NCBI RefSeq assembly: GCF_037042905.1
Contig: NC_087251.1
Span: forward strand, 41,108,001 to 41,172,000
Direction: 5' to 3'
DNA from: Lytechinus pictus
Lineage: Eukaryota
DNA length: 64,000 nt
This document shows, piece after piece, positions 11,411 through 23,266 of this stretch. The translations under genes and the position numbers were made by a program. How positions within the stretch are numbered: position 1 is the stretch's first letter; each line of letters opens with the position of its first letter. The notes under the pieces were generated by a model. That model saw only the letters and a program-made list of their open reading frames with translations, was not told the origin of the DNA and did no database searches.

Positions 11411-12511
11411 CTTTTGTCTCACTGCTCCCACTCTCAGTCTCAGAACGTAGAAAGTCGAACGACAATGGCAGAGCCTGGTATATTGCACTTTTTCTGAATC
11501 CAGTCGGTACACTTACGAAACAATCCTCTCCATTAAGTACTGAACATATCGCTGAAGCCTGCAGGTCCTAAAAGTCGTCTATTCTGAGCTTTTGGGCAGC
11601 ATATTTCAAACTCTCTTTAATTCTGTCAGACTTGAAATCTCTCGCAAACGCCATTTAGTGAAGTGAGCTCATTAATATTCATAATACGTCACGTTCAAGC
11701 CTCGTCGCTTATTGGTCCGTGTTCGCGGACAGTTATGAATATTTATATTGAAGCTTAGTTGGGGGTTCGTAGAATTTCTACGAACGGAAATAATAATAAA
11801 GGTAAATAATAGAAAGTTCATTTTTTTCGTCTTCACCAGTGATGATAGGCGCATCGCCCTCGCCCGTCAGTAGTTTGCCCACTAGCCCGACGCATATCGG
11901 ATAGGCTAGTTGGATGATAGCTTAATGTTCAGAGTGCAAGAACCTTCAAACCAAATTGGAGTAATTTAGAAAACAATAAAACTAGAGTCAATTGAATTTG
12001 AGTAAAAGTTTCTGTCCGTTATGAATGGCAACAGCACCCGATGAATAAAATGGTATATTCCATTCCTTTCGGAATCATCAATCTTCATGATACTGGAGTA
12101 TTAGAAAAATGAGATATCAAAGGTTATTTTAAAATTCAATTCAATTCAATTCAAATAAATCATTAATTTTCTTCCATTTCATCACATATTTTTTCTTGTA
12201 AACATACGTTCATACATAAATCAATTTGTTATGAAAAATATAAATATAAACATGTTGGGTTTAAGGAAGAAGGCGTATGTACCTAAAAGCTGAGGCTTGT
12301 GGCGGGATACGCCTATAGACATAAATACAATACAATAAACAATACAAAGGAAAGGGCAGAGAAAAGAAGAAAAGGAAAGGGAACACTAACTTCCCTTTGT
12401 GTCTGCCTACTCCTTTTCTTTCATCCCCTTCACTAACCTGACGTGACTGGTCTTCTCTACTCACTAATGCCCCTTTTGTCTCCTTGTTTCTAGTGTTGCT
12501 GTAGCTTGTCT

Positions 12512-14358
12512 TAGTGCTGTAGCCGAACCGCCGAACCGAACGGTAGTTCGCCGAACATGGCACTTCCGAACCGAACAGAACCGAACCGAACACTAAGACT
12601 TGGTTCGGAAGTTCGGCAAAAAAAAAAAAAAAACGGCTTTCAGCTAATACATTTATAAGTTTACACCCTTTCTAATCATTATATTTGCGCATTCTCTATT
12701 TAATCTTCTTTGCAATTGTATGTTGGAAGTATGCGCTTATTTTGCGGTTACTAGATTTTGTTTTCATTTTCATGTTGACATTGTGGTTTTTACGGCCCTG
12801 ATTAAGAAAGGAGATCCGATGAACGATGTTGCGCGAGCTTGCGCTATAATCATTTTACTGGCTTTCATCATCTCTCGCTCTGTGGCCGAATCGCCGAAGC
12901 ATGGTAAAGAAAACCAAAACTGTTTGAGTGTTCATTGGTTAAATCTAATTATCTAAAATATTGTTGTTTTTAGGTGGCGAACAAGATTCTTGTTTGAAAA
13001 TCTTCAAAGTATTTTGAATGAACGAGCTCAATAAACTGAAAGTGAAAGATGAAGTACCATTAATATTACGAATTACGATACGATGTGATTAAGATCGTAA
13101 CTCGTTTATTGTTGCGGCGGAGAATAAAGATCTGATTGAGGTGATTTACATTATTATTGAGGTGTCGGCTCGCTACTGTCTAGTTTTCATGATTTTAGAG
13201 AGAAGTAAAGAGTTTTGAAAACGAGAGATCCAGTGAAAGTGGGAAATAAAGTGAGTGACTGTTAGAGATGGAAAGGAGAGACGCAAAACAAATAATATAG
13301 AAATGAGATGAGGTGAAGTTATCTTTTTTATTCTTAACAATCAGATGAAAATAAAAATCAAACACTCATGAATGATTACGGTATAGAATATAGCAAGATC
13401 CCCTTCCCCTCGTTGACAAGTTAAATGAAGATAAAGCCATGCGGAAACATTCATCTCTTGGGGGAAAATGACCCCCATTCTTTACTTTTTTTTCCCTTTC
13501 TTATCAACTTCTCAAATTAACCATAAACAATTCGATGATCACTCTACTCCCCCTATCCCATTACAGTCGTAAAACTTTGCATCCCACTTGGTCTGTATGT
13601 TTATGGTCGAATGAAATCTGACCAATGAAATCATAGAAATCTCGGGAATTGCTCTTCAATCAGTGAGCTGAGTTTCGCGAGCAGACAAAGCACGTGGCTG
13701 TATGTACCGATGCGACAATCAGCGACATGCGATTGGTGGTTTAGTTCACCCATCGAGCCAATTAGCGAAAGGCGCATTACATAAGCACGCTTTCTTCGAC
13801 ACGCCCCTGGCCCGACTATGCCTACAGTTCAGTGCACTGGCGCTGGCCGCCTCGTATGTGATGCAATTGCCAATCACGTTTGGACGGACTGTATATATAA
13901 TAAATATTCATGAGCTCAGAGTCCCGCTACAAGGGGACTGCATGCGCTGGCATGGCCTAGCTGGTACGAGTGCGAGCGTAGTTAATTTGGCAAGTATCCA
14001 AAGTGTGGTCCAGGTATGGACGACTAGGAAGAGTCGCCATTTTAGAACTGTGAGTTACCCAATAAATCTGTCATCAGATAATCAAATTCGAGATAACAGT
14101 TGATTCGTTGAGCGCTATAACTTTCATAGTTTCATGTCAACAAGATAGAGATAAAATGGTTTGATGTGACAGAGGTACACGCGAGCACATGCAGTCAATC
14201 AAGTACAAATTGCTACCGGTACGCTACGTACCTGAATGAACTATAGCTTTATCAGTCTATCATTACCGAACCCCGAACCGAACCAATGTTCGGCAAATTT
14301 CTGCCGAACCTTGCCGAACCGAACCGAACCCGAACATGGCGCCTGACTTGCAGCACTA
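12512..14358. mobile_element. Non-autonomous hAT element with CCGAA subterminal repeats
   Basis: TAGTGCTG...CAGCACTA termini. Perfect 8-bp TSD GCTTGTCT at 12504-12511 and 14359-14366. Clusters of CCGAA/TTCGG at both ends. Confidence 0.88.
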
Positions 14359-15369
14359 GCTTGTCTGTGGTCTATATTATGGTTGTTCCACTTTATGTTT
14401 GTCATTTTGCATCCGACGAAGATTTTGCTAGGATCGAAAGCTTAGGCCCCTTTTGACTTTCTAATTTATGAATTTTGGCTAAAAACACTATTTGCATTGG
14501 ATTTGTACACAAATTCACGTTTTTGAGTAATTTTGGGTCTGCATGCACTTACGAAATGTTGCGTAATTTCGGAACCGTGTACCCGGGGGTCACAATTTTG
14601 GTCTCAAAATTTGCGCGAGACTTGAAAGTAAAAAGTCAGCGAGCGACGTGGTCAAAAATTTTCGAGCGGTGGATTTATCGCTAAAAATGTCGAGGTATCG
14701 CGACAGAACTTTTCATTATTTTGAGGTTCCAGTCTGTGCCTCGATGTCAGGATTTGTGTGTCACGATACACGATAGACCTTCATCCATATCGTGGTAAGT
14801 GCATAATTTCTATTTCCACATTTTATTAAGATTACTATTGAGACCCCAATCTACCCCAGTGTCTCCCTCGTTTTGCACGGTCGACTCCTGGGCAAGCGGG
14901 CCGGAGCTCCCTGGGTTATATTAGACAGAGAGAGAGATATATCATGTAGGCCCTAGGTAGATACCTCGAGCGAAGTTCGTGCAGACTCCACTCCACTTCA
15001 CTACCACTACAGTCTACACTACACTCCACCTACCGTACCCAAACTTCGAGACCGTGAACTCGATCTGATATTCCGAGAATCCGAGTGACAAAGGTGGGAT
15101 TTTATGAGGGAAAAATATAAAATTCATGCAACATCACGATCTTTAAAAACAATTAAAACTAATATTCTTACTTTACACAAAGTTTTACTTCTTTTCCATG
15201 CTTCTATCAGTCTCAAAATTGGTGATTTAGAGCCAACATGAAGTTCCTCACACGTGTAAATAATTCGCTGTTGATTTCAAAACATCACATGCGCGCGGGT
15301 ACCGGGTACGGTCCGAGCTCGGACCGGACCTGGAGAAACCTGAAGAAACCCTTCGCAAAGCAGGCAGAA

Positions 15370-16256
15370 ATCGAAAAGCCAAAAACCCAGTTCCTTGGTG
15401 GACACAAGAATACCAAGAAGCAATTAAAGAAATAAATAAATATAGAAATCGATTAAATAGACATTTTAGAAAGGAGGACTTGGAAATGTATAGGGAAAAG
15501 AAAGCATATGCCAAAAAAATAAAGAGACGAACACAAAAGGAATACTGGTTAAATTACTGTCAGTCTTTGAGGAGAACATCCAACTTAGGAAAAGTATGGG
15601 AAATGGTAAAAGGACTACAAAATGGTTCTGTCTCAAAACATATATTTCCCAATTTATTAACAGAAAACAATACACCAGTAGCTAATGCTCAAGAAAAGGC
15701 AGAATTGGTTGCTAAGGCTTTTAAAACGATAGACAATCGATTAGCCAATAATGACGAGATTATTAGAAGAAATTCATTTGAAAATTTAATACAAAATACG
15801 CCGATCAAAGAAAGCTGCTCCTCTGTGCACATCACCTCTTGATGATGAATTTACATATGATGAATTAACGTAACAAGCGCTGTTAAAGAAATGAAAAATT
15901 CTGCAGCAGGAACAGATGTAGACAGGAATAACCGTCGTTTCTGGGGATTTATTCAACAATTTCTGACATTTTACTGTGAGCCAACGCAGTTCAGCGGAAC
16001 AACCAAAATACAGAGACTGAAGCTTTTGGTCTAGAACAGATGGTATCAAATCAATTATGATACAACACCTACCGAAAATAGCTCTTCAGTTCATATTAGT
16101 TTTAGTAAACAATATTTGGAATTCCTCAATTCTACCCTCAGATTGGCATTATTCTACCCAGATCCCTGTACTTAACCAGGTAAAGACCCAACAAACCCTT
16201 AATTCATATCGACCTATTTCCTTGACATCAACTTTCTCCAAACTGATGGAAAGAAT
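15370..16256 (+). mobile_element. Decayed non-LTR retrotransposon (LINE) ORF2 fragment, pre-RT and early RT region (I/Jockey-group-like)
   Basis: PWWTQE..., KEYWLNYC, KVWEMVK, EKAELVA, SAAGTDGI...MIQHLP, W....LP.DW and SYRPISLTSTFSKLMERM. Contains stops and frameshifts. Confidence 0.9.
15919..16033. mobile_element. 115-bp TAG-ended mini-element with 9-bp TSD
   Basis: TAGAC...GTCTA flanked by GAACAGATG at 15910-15918 and 16034-16042. Removal restores the LINE motif SAAGTDGI. Confidence 0.8.
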
Positions 16257-16504
16257 GGGGACATCCCGATAGACCGCGGGTCCGATAGACCGCGGGTCCG
16301 ATAGACCGCGGGTCCGATAGTCCGCGGGTCCGATAGACCGCGGGTCCGATAGTCCGCAGTGTGTGTAAAATTATGATATCAGATGTATCAAATGTCATCG
16401 AGAGGTCCAAAGGTCAAATGATACGAGACCATGGGGTTCTATCAGGTGCAGATCCATAGGGGGCCGAGGGGGAGCTGCCTCACCCCCCCCCCCACCCCCA
16501 GCTC

Positions 16505-17380
16505 AAAAAAGAGGGGGAAGAGGGGAAAAGAGAGAGAGGAAGATGGGAAAAGAAGAGAATAGAAAAGAGAGTAAGGGGGGAGGAAGGAAGAGAAGAAAAA
16601 GAGAAAAGAGAGAGGAAAAGACGGGAAAAAGGGAGAAGAAAAGGGGAAAAGAGAAGAGAAAAAAAGAGAGGAGGGAAAAGGAAGAGAAGAAAAGAAAGGA
16701 GAAAGGAAAAGGAGGAAAAAGAAGAACAAAAAAAGAGGAAGGAAGAGAAGAATATTTAAATAGAGAGGAAGATGGGAATAAAGATAAGAAAAAAAGAGAG
16801 AGAGAGAGAGGAAGAGGGGAAAAGAAGAGAAGAAAAAGAGAGAGGGGGAAGGAGAGGGATGGAAGAAAAAAAATTAAAAGAGAAAAGGGGGAAAGGAAAG
16901 AAAAAGAAAAAAGGGGGAAAGAGAAAAAAGCGGAAGAGGGAAAAGAAAGGAGAAAGAAAAGGGGAAGGAAGAGAATAATATTTAAAAAGAGAGGAAGATG
17001 GGAAGAAAGATAAGAAAAGAGAGAGAGAGGGGAATAGAGGAAAAGAGAAGAAAAAAGGAAAGAGTAAGGGGGAAGGGAGAGAATAAAAAAGAGAAAAGAG
17101 AGAGGAAAAGAGAGAAAGAAAAGACGGGAAAAAATAGAAGAAAAGTGGGAAAGAAAAGATAGGGGAAAAGAGAAGGAAAGGAAGACAAGAAAAAAGAGAA
17201 GAAAAGGGGAAAATAAAGAGAAGAAAAAGAGAAAGAGAGGAGGAAGGAAAAGAAGAAAAGAGGAGAGGAAGAGGGGGAAAGAAAGAGAGAAAGAAAGAGA
17301 AAGGAAGGGGAATGAGGATAAGAGAAAGAAAGAAAAAGAAAGAAAGAAAGAAAAGGAGATGGGAAACGAAAGAGGGAGAT
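16505..17380 (+). repeat. Polypurine (A/G) low-complexity tract
   Basis: About 870 bp almost devoid of pyrimidines on the + strand. Source of the spurious F/L/S-rich and K/E/R-rich ORFs. Confidence 0.95.
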
Positions 17381-19857
17381 GTTGACCCGGACGTCGATTT
17401 GATGTTCGAACTAGGCGGCGCAAAAATGACATTCGAACTATGGGGCGCCGAACTGATGTTTGAACTGGGAGGGGGGCACCAAATTGATGTTAGAACTAGA
17501 GGAGCGCTAATTTGAATTTTGACCATAATGCGACAAATACATGTTTCAGAGGGGGGCGGGGGGGGGGGGAGGGCAAAGTTATATTTCACATGGAGGCGCC
17601 AAGTTTATGTTCAACCGAGGGTGCCAAATTGACCTTGAACTTAGGGGGCTTCAAATGCAAATTCATTTTCGACCGGGGGCGCAACATTGCTCGTATTGCC
17701 TGTTTATAGTGAAATATATGTCCTGCCCAAAAAGCTTAAATTAATGCGGGTGAATTAAAATATCCCGTTTTTACGATAATAGACAAAAACAATGTTTTCG
17801 AGTTTTAAGTCTGTTTAGCGAGATAGATATCCTGTTCAGGGTCACAAAAAAGGGTTATTATCAAATTCAGCTCGCGCTACGCGCTCGCAATATTTCATCA
17901 ATGAGGTATGCATCCTCTGCATCAATCCTACATGTAAGTGTTAGTGTTTTTCAAGTCAACATACATAGGCCGATCCACGGGGCAAAGATTTTGCCCCCCC
18001 CCCCCACGCCCATGGTGGTGCAAAAAAGGGGTAAGAAACAGAAAACGAAGAGAAAAAGGACAAGCAATTAGAATAGGAATTATACCTTAGTCCTTCTTAG
18101 GTCAGTATATAAAAAATTGAGCTCGCGCTTCGCGCTGGCATCAATAAATTGTTTAGTTATTTACGCATCCCGACCTCACAGTTTTTTAAGAGAACGAGAA
18201 GCACAAGCCGAAAATATTTGATATTCTAACCTGACAACTGAAAATGTATTTTCATTTTATCATTATAAAAGTTTTCAGCTAGCGCTTCGCGCTCGCATTA
18301 ATTTCATAATAGATATGCATCGTGTTCATCATAACAACTACTAACATAGGCGAATCCAGGGGGCCCGAAGGCCCCTCCCCCTATTGACGGAGCAAATAAA
18401 TTGGGGAAAACGGGGAAAGAAAGACAAAAAGAAGGGGAAAGATAAAAGGAGGAAGACGAGTAAATAAAATAAGGTCAGGAGAAGACTTGAAAAATAATTT
18501 TTAAAATATTTAATGTCACTATCTTAAAATTTCGCTCGCGCATCACGCTCGCATTGCCTGTTCGATGAGATACATATCTCGGTCAATATAGGCTGATATA
18601 TAGTTCAAAAGATCAAGTTTTGAAGTCAATATACAAAACATAATTCAGCTCGGACATCGATCTTTCATTTTTTTTGGTTTTATTTGCCAATTTATTTTTT
18701 TAAGTGCTCTGGAAAATTTCCGTTTTATGATGTGAATCAACATTTGCAACATTTTGTGCGCTCGCATTATTTGCTAAGTAGGCCTACCTTTTGCCTTTTT
18801 GTATTTCATATAAGATTATCTAAGTATTCCTTTTCAGGTGTCTCGATTCTAATAAAAAATGAAGGCCTATGCTCACGCTGTGCTCTCGCATTTTGGTGAG
18901 TTATGTACACCTATACTGTATATTAATTCTATAACAAACTACTTAAATCCCCCCCCCCCCCATTTAAACATTTCGGATCGCGATTTGCACTCGCGTTATT
19001 TGCTAAAAATATATCAACCAATGAATCCTATTCATGATTATAAAAATACTTGAAATTTCCAGTTTTCAGGCCTCATACACTGTCAACAAATTTCACACAC
19101 TCATTAGGCTTATTAGATTAATAAATATGAAATAAAATTTTTATGAATTCATAATAACTAAATTGTCCCTTTTTCATAAATAAATATCGACACGTTTTAG
19201 GAAAAGAAATAGAAGATAGTCATCATTCTTATATGATGACAAAATATCCTTAGGCTTAAAATGTCTCGATCCTAGGTTAAAATAATAATAAAATATCAGC
19301 TCACGCTTCGCGCTCGCATCATTTATTTAGTGCTATCCACATCGACGTCACAATTTCCCTATATACAAAGTGCTGTAAATAGTGCTTAAATTGACTCATT
19401 TAATATCGGAATTTCAAATATTATTTTCAACTCGCGCTTTGCGATCGCATTATTGATTTTCATGATGAAAAATGAAATGTATTCAGAATGCAGATTCTGT
19501 CTAACTCTAAAACACGCGCACGCATGTTTTTTTTTAGATACGCAGCTTGATCTTATTCAAAACGTACTAAAATTATCCAGTTTCAGATCAGAATATCAAA
19601 AATTTTCTGCTCGCGCTTTGCGCTCGCATTATGAAGACACTAAAAATTACCCATCCTTTTTCATAATTGACAAAACATGACTCGAGCGTCCTGTTGGGGG
19701 GTTTGAAATCTCATCTTTTTAGGTTGGAATATCAAAAATGTTGAGCTCGCGCTTCGCGCTCACATTATTTAATCGTTGAAATATATATCGTCTTAATGGC
19801 TAACTGCAAAACGTCCTTAACAGGTCCCTTTTCGACTAGGCCAGAATGCATATTTAA

Positions 19858-20467
19858 AGGTCAAGTCCACCCCAGAAAAATGTTGATTTGAATAAATAGA
19901 GAAAAATCAAACATGAATAACGCTGAAAACTTCATCAAAATCGGATGTAAAATAAGTTATGACATTTTAAAGTTTCGCTTATTTTTCAAAAAAACAGTTC
20001 TATGCTCAACTCAGTGATATGCAAATGAGAGAGTCGATGATGTCACTCACTCACTATTTCTTTTGTTTTCTATTGTTTGAATAATACAATATTTCAATTT
20101 TTATGAATTCGACAATTAGGACCCCCTTGCTTGAACCACAAAATGTTAAAATAATTGAATTACATGTGTTCAGGGAGGAATGAAACTTTGTTTCACATGA
20201 CAATGACGAGAAAATCAAAATATTTCATATTTCACATAATAAAATACAAAAGAAATAGTGAGTGGGTGATGTCATCGGTCCCCTCATTTGCATACCGACC
20301 AGGATGTGCATATAAATGTTTTGAAAAATTAAGCAAAACTTTAAAATGTTATGAGTTATGTTAACTTTCCTGTTTTACATCCGATTTTGATGAAATTTTC
20401 AGTGTTATGTTTGTTTAATTTTTCACTTTCTATTCAAAGTAACTTTTTGTTGGGGTGGGCTTGTCCT
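19858..20467. mobile_element. Kolobok/T2-type MITE nested in the hAT element
   Basis: TTAA|AGGTCAAGTCCACCCC ... GGGGTGGGCTTGTCCT|TTGA. Palindromic. Confidence 0.85.
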
Positions 20468-22686
20468 TTGACACTTCTGATCGCGCTTCGCGCTCATGGT
20501 AATTATCTAGTTACATAACGCGTTCTGTTCAGGTTCACAAACATTGCCCAGAATTTTCAATTTTCTGGACAAAATACATGAAATTTCATTTTTTTTTAGC
20601 TTGCATAGGGCTTATGAGATTATTACACATTTATGTTGTTTATAAAGTAAAGCTAGGAAATGACTGTTAGGACATGGGCGTTTTGCCCCCCCCCCCCAAA
20701 AAAAAAAAAGTAAATAAAAGAAAAAAGAGAGAAAAGGAAAGGGATTAGGATGAAATATGATATTATTTTCCAAATATTATGTCAAAATCTATCACAACCT
20801 TGTATTTTTGTAATAAAAATGTCAGCATATTTGCTTGTTCGCTTCGCTCACTGGAAACTTCTTATTAATTTTATGCGATACGCCATATCGAGCCCCCTCA
20901 AAATTGTTGGCTCATTACGCCACTGGAACAAGCCCTTCAAAGAAACCAAACAAAACAAATCAACATTGAGCGGCCGATCGGGGAAAATATGGGTGAAAAA
21001 ATTCGCCCCCTCATTTGCGGAAGCTGGGTCCGCCCCCGGAATCAGGCTTTCAGGATAAAATACATCAAAAAAAAAAAAAATCAGATCGCGCTTCGCGTTC
21101 TCATTATATATTTAGGCCTTGTGAAATACCTCAATGTGTTTTTTTTTAATAAAATCTCAGATATTCTTTAACTCCTACCCCCCCCCCATTTCATTGATTG
21201 TTGTTATATTGGTGCCCTCTACAAAAGTTTAACAAGACCCCCCCTCCTGCACCCATGCTGAATAAATACGCCACTAATGAGGAGAATGAGTCGATTGCTT
21301 CGAGATTGCATTATTCCCAAGAAGCTATCATTAATATTATTGAAGGCTGTTCTAAAACAACTAGCAAAGAAACTACAGCTCCCGTTCACACAATATTCTA
21401 GTAGGGCCTACTCTCGTGAGTAATTAATCCAAATTGAACCCGCCCCCCCCCCCCCCCATCGCTCGCGCTTCGCGCTCCCATTGATATTTCATTATTATAT
21501 TCATGGATTTTTTTTTTTAAGAACACATTAAAAGAGTGGTCTTTAATTGCCTTTTTAAAATGTGATTATAAGATAATTCAAAATCCATTTAAGGCACTTA
21601 AGTTAGCCTGGCTGGAAGGGAGTGGGCGCAATTTTTCGAAAAGTACACATGGGCGCCAAGAATCAGGTCAAATTTGGGCCCCCTTAATTCTCACCAAATC
21701 CTGGATCCGCGCCTGGGTTCTATAACAATAACCAAATTAGGGCAATCATCCACTGGCAACTACTTCAAGGAAAATATGATCCCCATATTTTTACCGCCGG
21801 GGACTGTTACCCCCAGAAATTTACCCTCGAGACAATTATCCCGGATAATTACCCTTAGCCTTTAAAATGCCATCGACGTGACGACATGGCGTGATACTTT
21901 ATCTTGCCATGTATGATTTTTATAAGCTTATTATTTCGACATGGCGATATATTCTATCTTGTCAAGTCGATATGTCGACATGGCGAGATCTGAAGTGTAC
22001 AAGTCCCGGCCAGAATCCCGATATATCGCCATGTTGACATATAACTTGTTACAAGTCGACTTGGCAAGATAAAATATCTCACCATGTTGACGTATAACTT
22101 TTATATGAGGACTTGGCAGGTATCTCGCCATGCCGACATAATAAGCTTATTTAGTCGATATGGCAAGATAAAGTATCTCGCCATGTCGTCAAGTCAGTGG
22201 CATTTGAAAGGCTCTGTACTAGGGGTAATTGGCGTCTAGAGGGTAAATTTCCGGGGGGGGGGGTTACAGGACCGACGATAAAAATATGGGGATAATATTT
22301 TCCTTGAAGTAGTTGTCAGGGGGCGATTGTCCATTCGGTCATCGTTATAGAACCCCATGGACTCGTATCATTGACCGTTTGACCTCTTGATGACATTGGA
22401 TCTCACTATATCCTGATCATAATTTTACACACACCGCGGACTATCGGACCCGCGGACTATCGGACCCGCGGTCTATCGGACCCGCGGTCTATCGGACCCG
22501 CGGTCTATCGGACCCGCGGTCTATCGGACCCGCGGTCTATCGGACCCGCGGACTATCGGACCCGCGGACTATCGGACCCGCGGTCTATCGGGCTGTAACC
22601 GAGAAACAGGCCCTTGGCCTTATACCCATTTATTCTAATTCTCATTCATTTACTTTTCTGCCCAGTTAGTCTGATTTAGGCTTTTA

Positions 22687-23266
22687 AAAGTCCACCCCAG
22701 AAAAAACGTTGATATGAATAAGTAGAGAAAAATCAAACAAGCAAAACGCTGAAAATATCATCAAAATCGGGTGTGAAATAAGAAAGTTATGACATTTTAA
22801 AGTTTTGCTTATTTTTCACTAAACAGTGATATGCACAACTCAGTGACATGGAAATGAGACAATCGATGATGTCCCTCACTAATAATTTTTTTTTTAATTG
22901 TTTGAATTACACAATATTTTGTTTCCTACAGATTTGACAATAAGGACCAACTAGACTGAACCATATAGTATTAAACAATGCCAATTCCACATGCTCAGGG
23001 AGGAATTAATTGTTGTTTCACTAGAAAATTTCATATTTTATGTAGTAAAATACAAAAGAAATAGTGAGTGCATGACATCAGTTTCCTCATTTGCATACCG
23101 ACCAGGATGTGCATGTAACTGTTTGTGAAATTAAGCGAAACTTAAAAATGTCATAACTTTCTTATTTTACATCCGATTTTGATGTAATTTTCACTTTCAG
23201 TGTTATGCTTGTTGGATTTTTCTCTTTTTATTCAAATCGACTTTTTGTTGGGTTGGACTTGACCTT
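22687..23266. mobile_element. Kolobok/T2-type MITE (same family as 19858-20467)
   Basis: AAGTCCACCCC...GGGTTGGACTTGACCT. Colinear with the 19858 copy. Confidence 0.8.

Larger units (their letters stand above)
9788..11908. mobile_element. TAG-ended non-autonomous DNA transposon with 9-bp TSD (AcademH-like or MULE-like)
   Basis: TIR TAGCCTATC.(A/G)ATATGCG..GGGCTA. Direct repeat GTTGGATGA at 9779-9787 and 11909-11917. Superfamily is inferred. Confidence 0.7.
16443..21715. mobile_element. 5.3-kb non-autonomous composite hAT (Tip100-like) element
   Basis: TIR CAGG(T/C)GC(A/G)GATCCA. Perfect 8-bp TSD GGTTCTAT at 16435-16442 and 21716-21723. Confidence 0.85.
16257..22600. mobile_element. Palindromic foldback MITE (about 1.06 kb native) with 17-bp terminal tandem repeats, split by a hAT insertion
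   Basis: (CCGATAGACCGCGGGT)-type repeats at 16267-16357, inverted at 22434-22592. Segments 16358-16442 plus 21724-21870 mirror 22200-22433. Central TCGACATGGCGA repeats. No TSD found. Confidence 0.8.

Noticed and set aside
16267..16357. 17-bp repeats (also 22434-22592) as CRISPR or iterons
   Set aside because: Head-to-tail without spacers, and they form the inverted termini of a foldback element.
16442..17589. Long ORFs (up to 309 aa) rich in F/L/S or K/E/R
   Set aside because: Artifacts of the polypurine tract, which lacks stop codons by composition.
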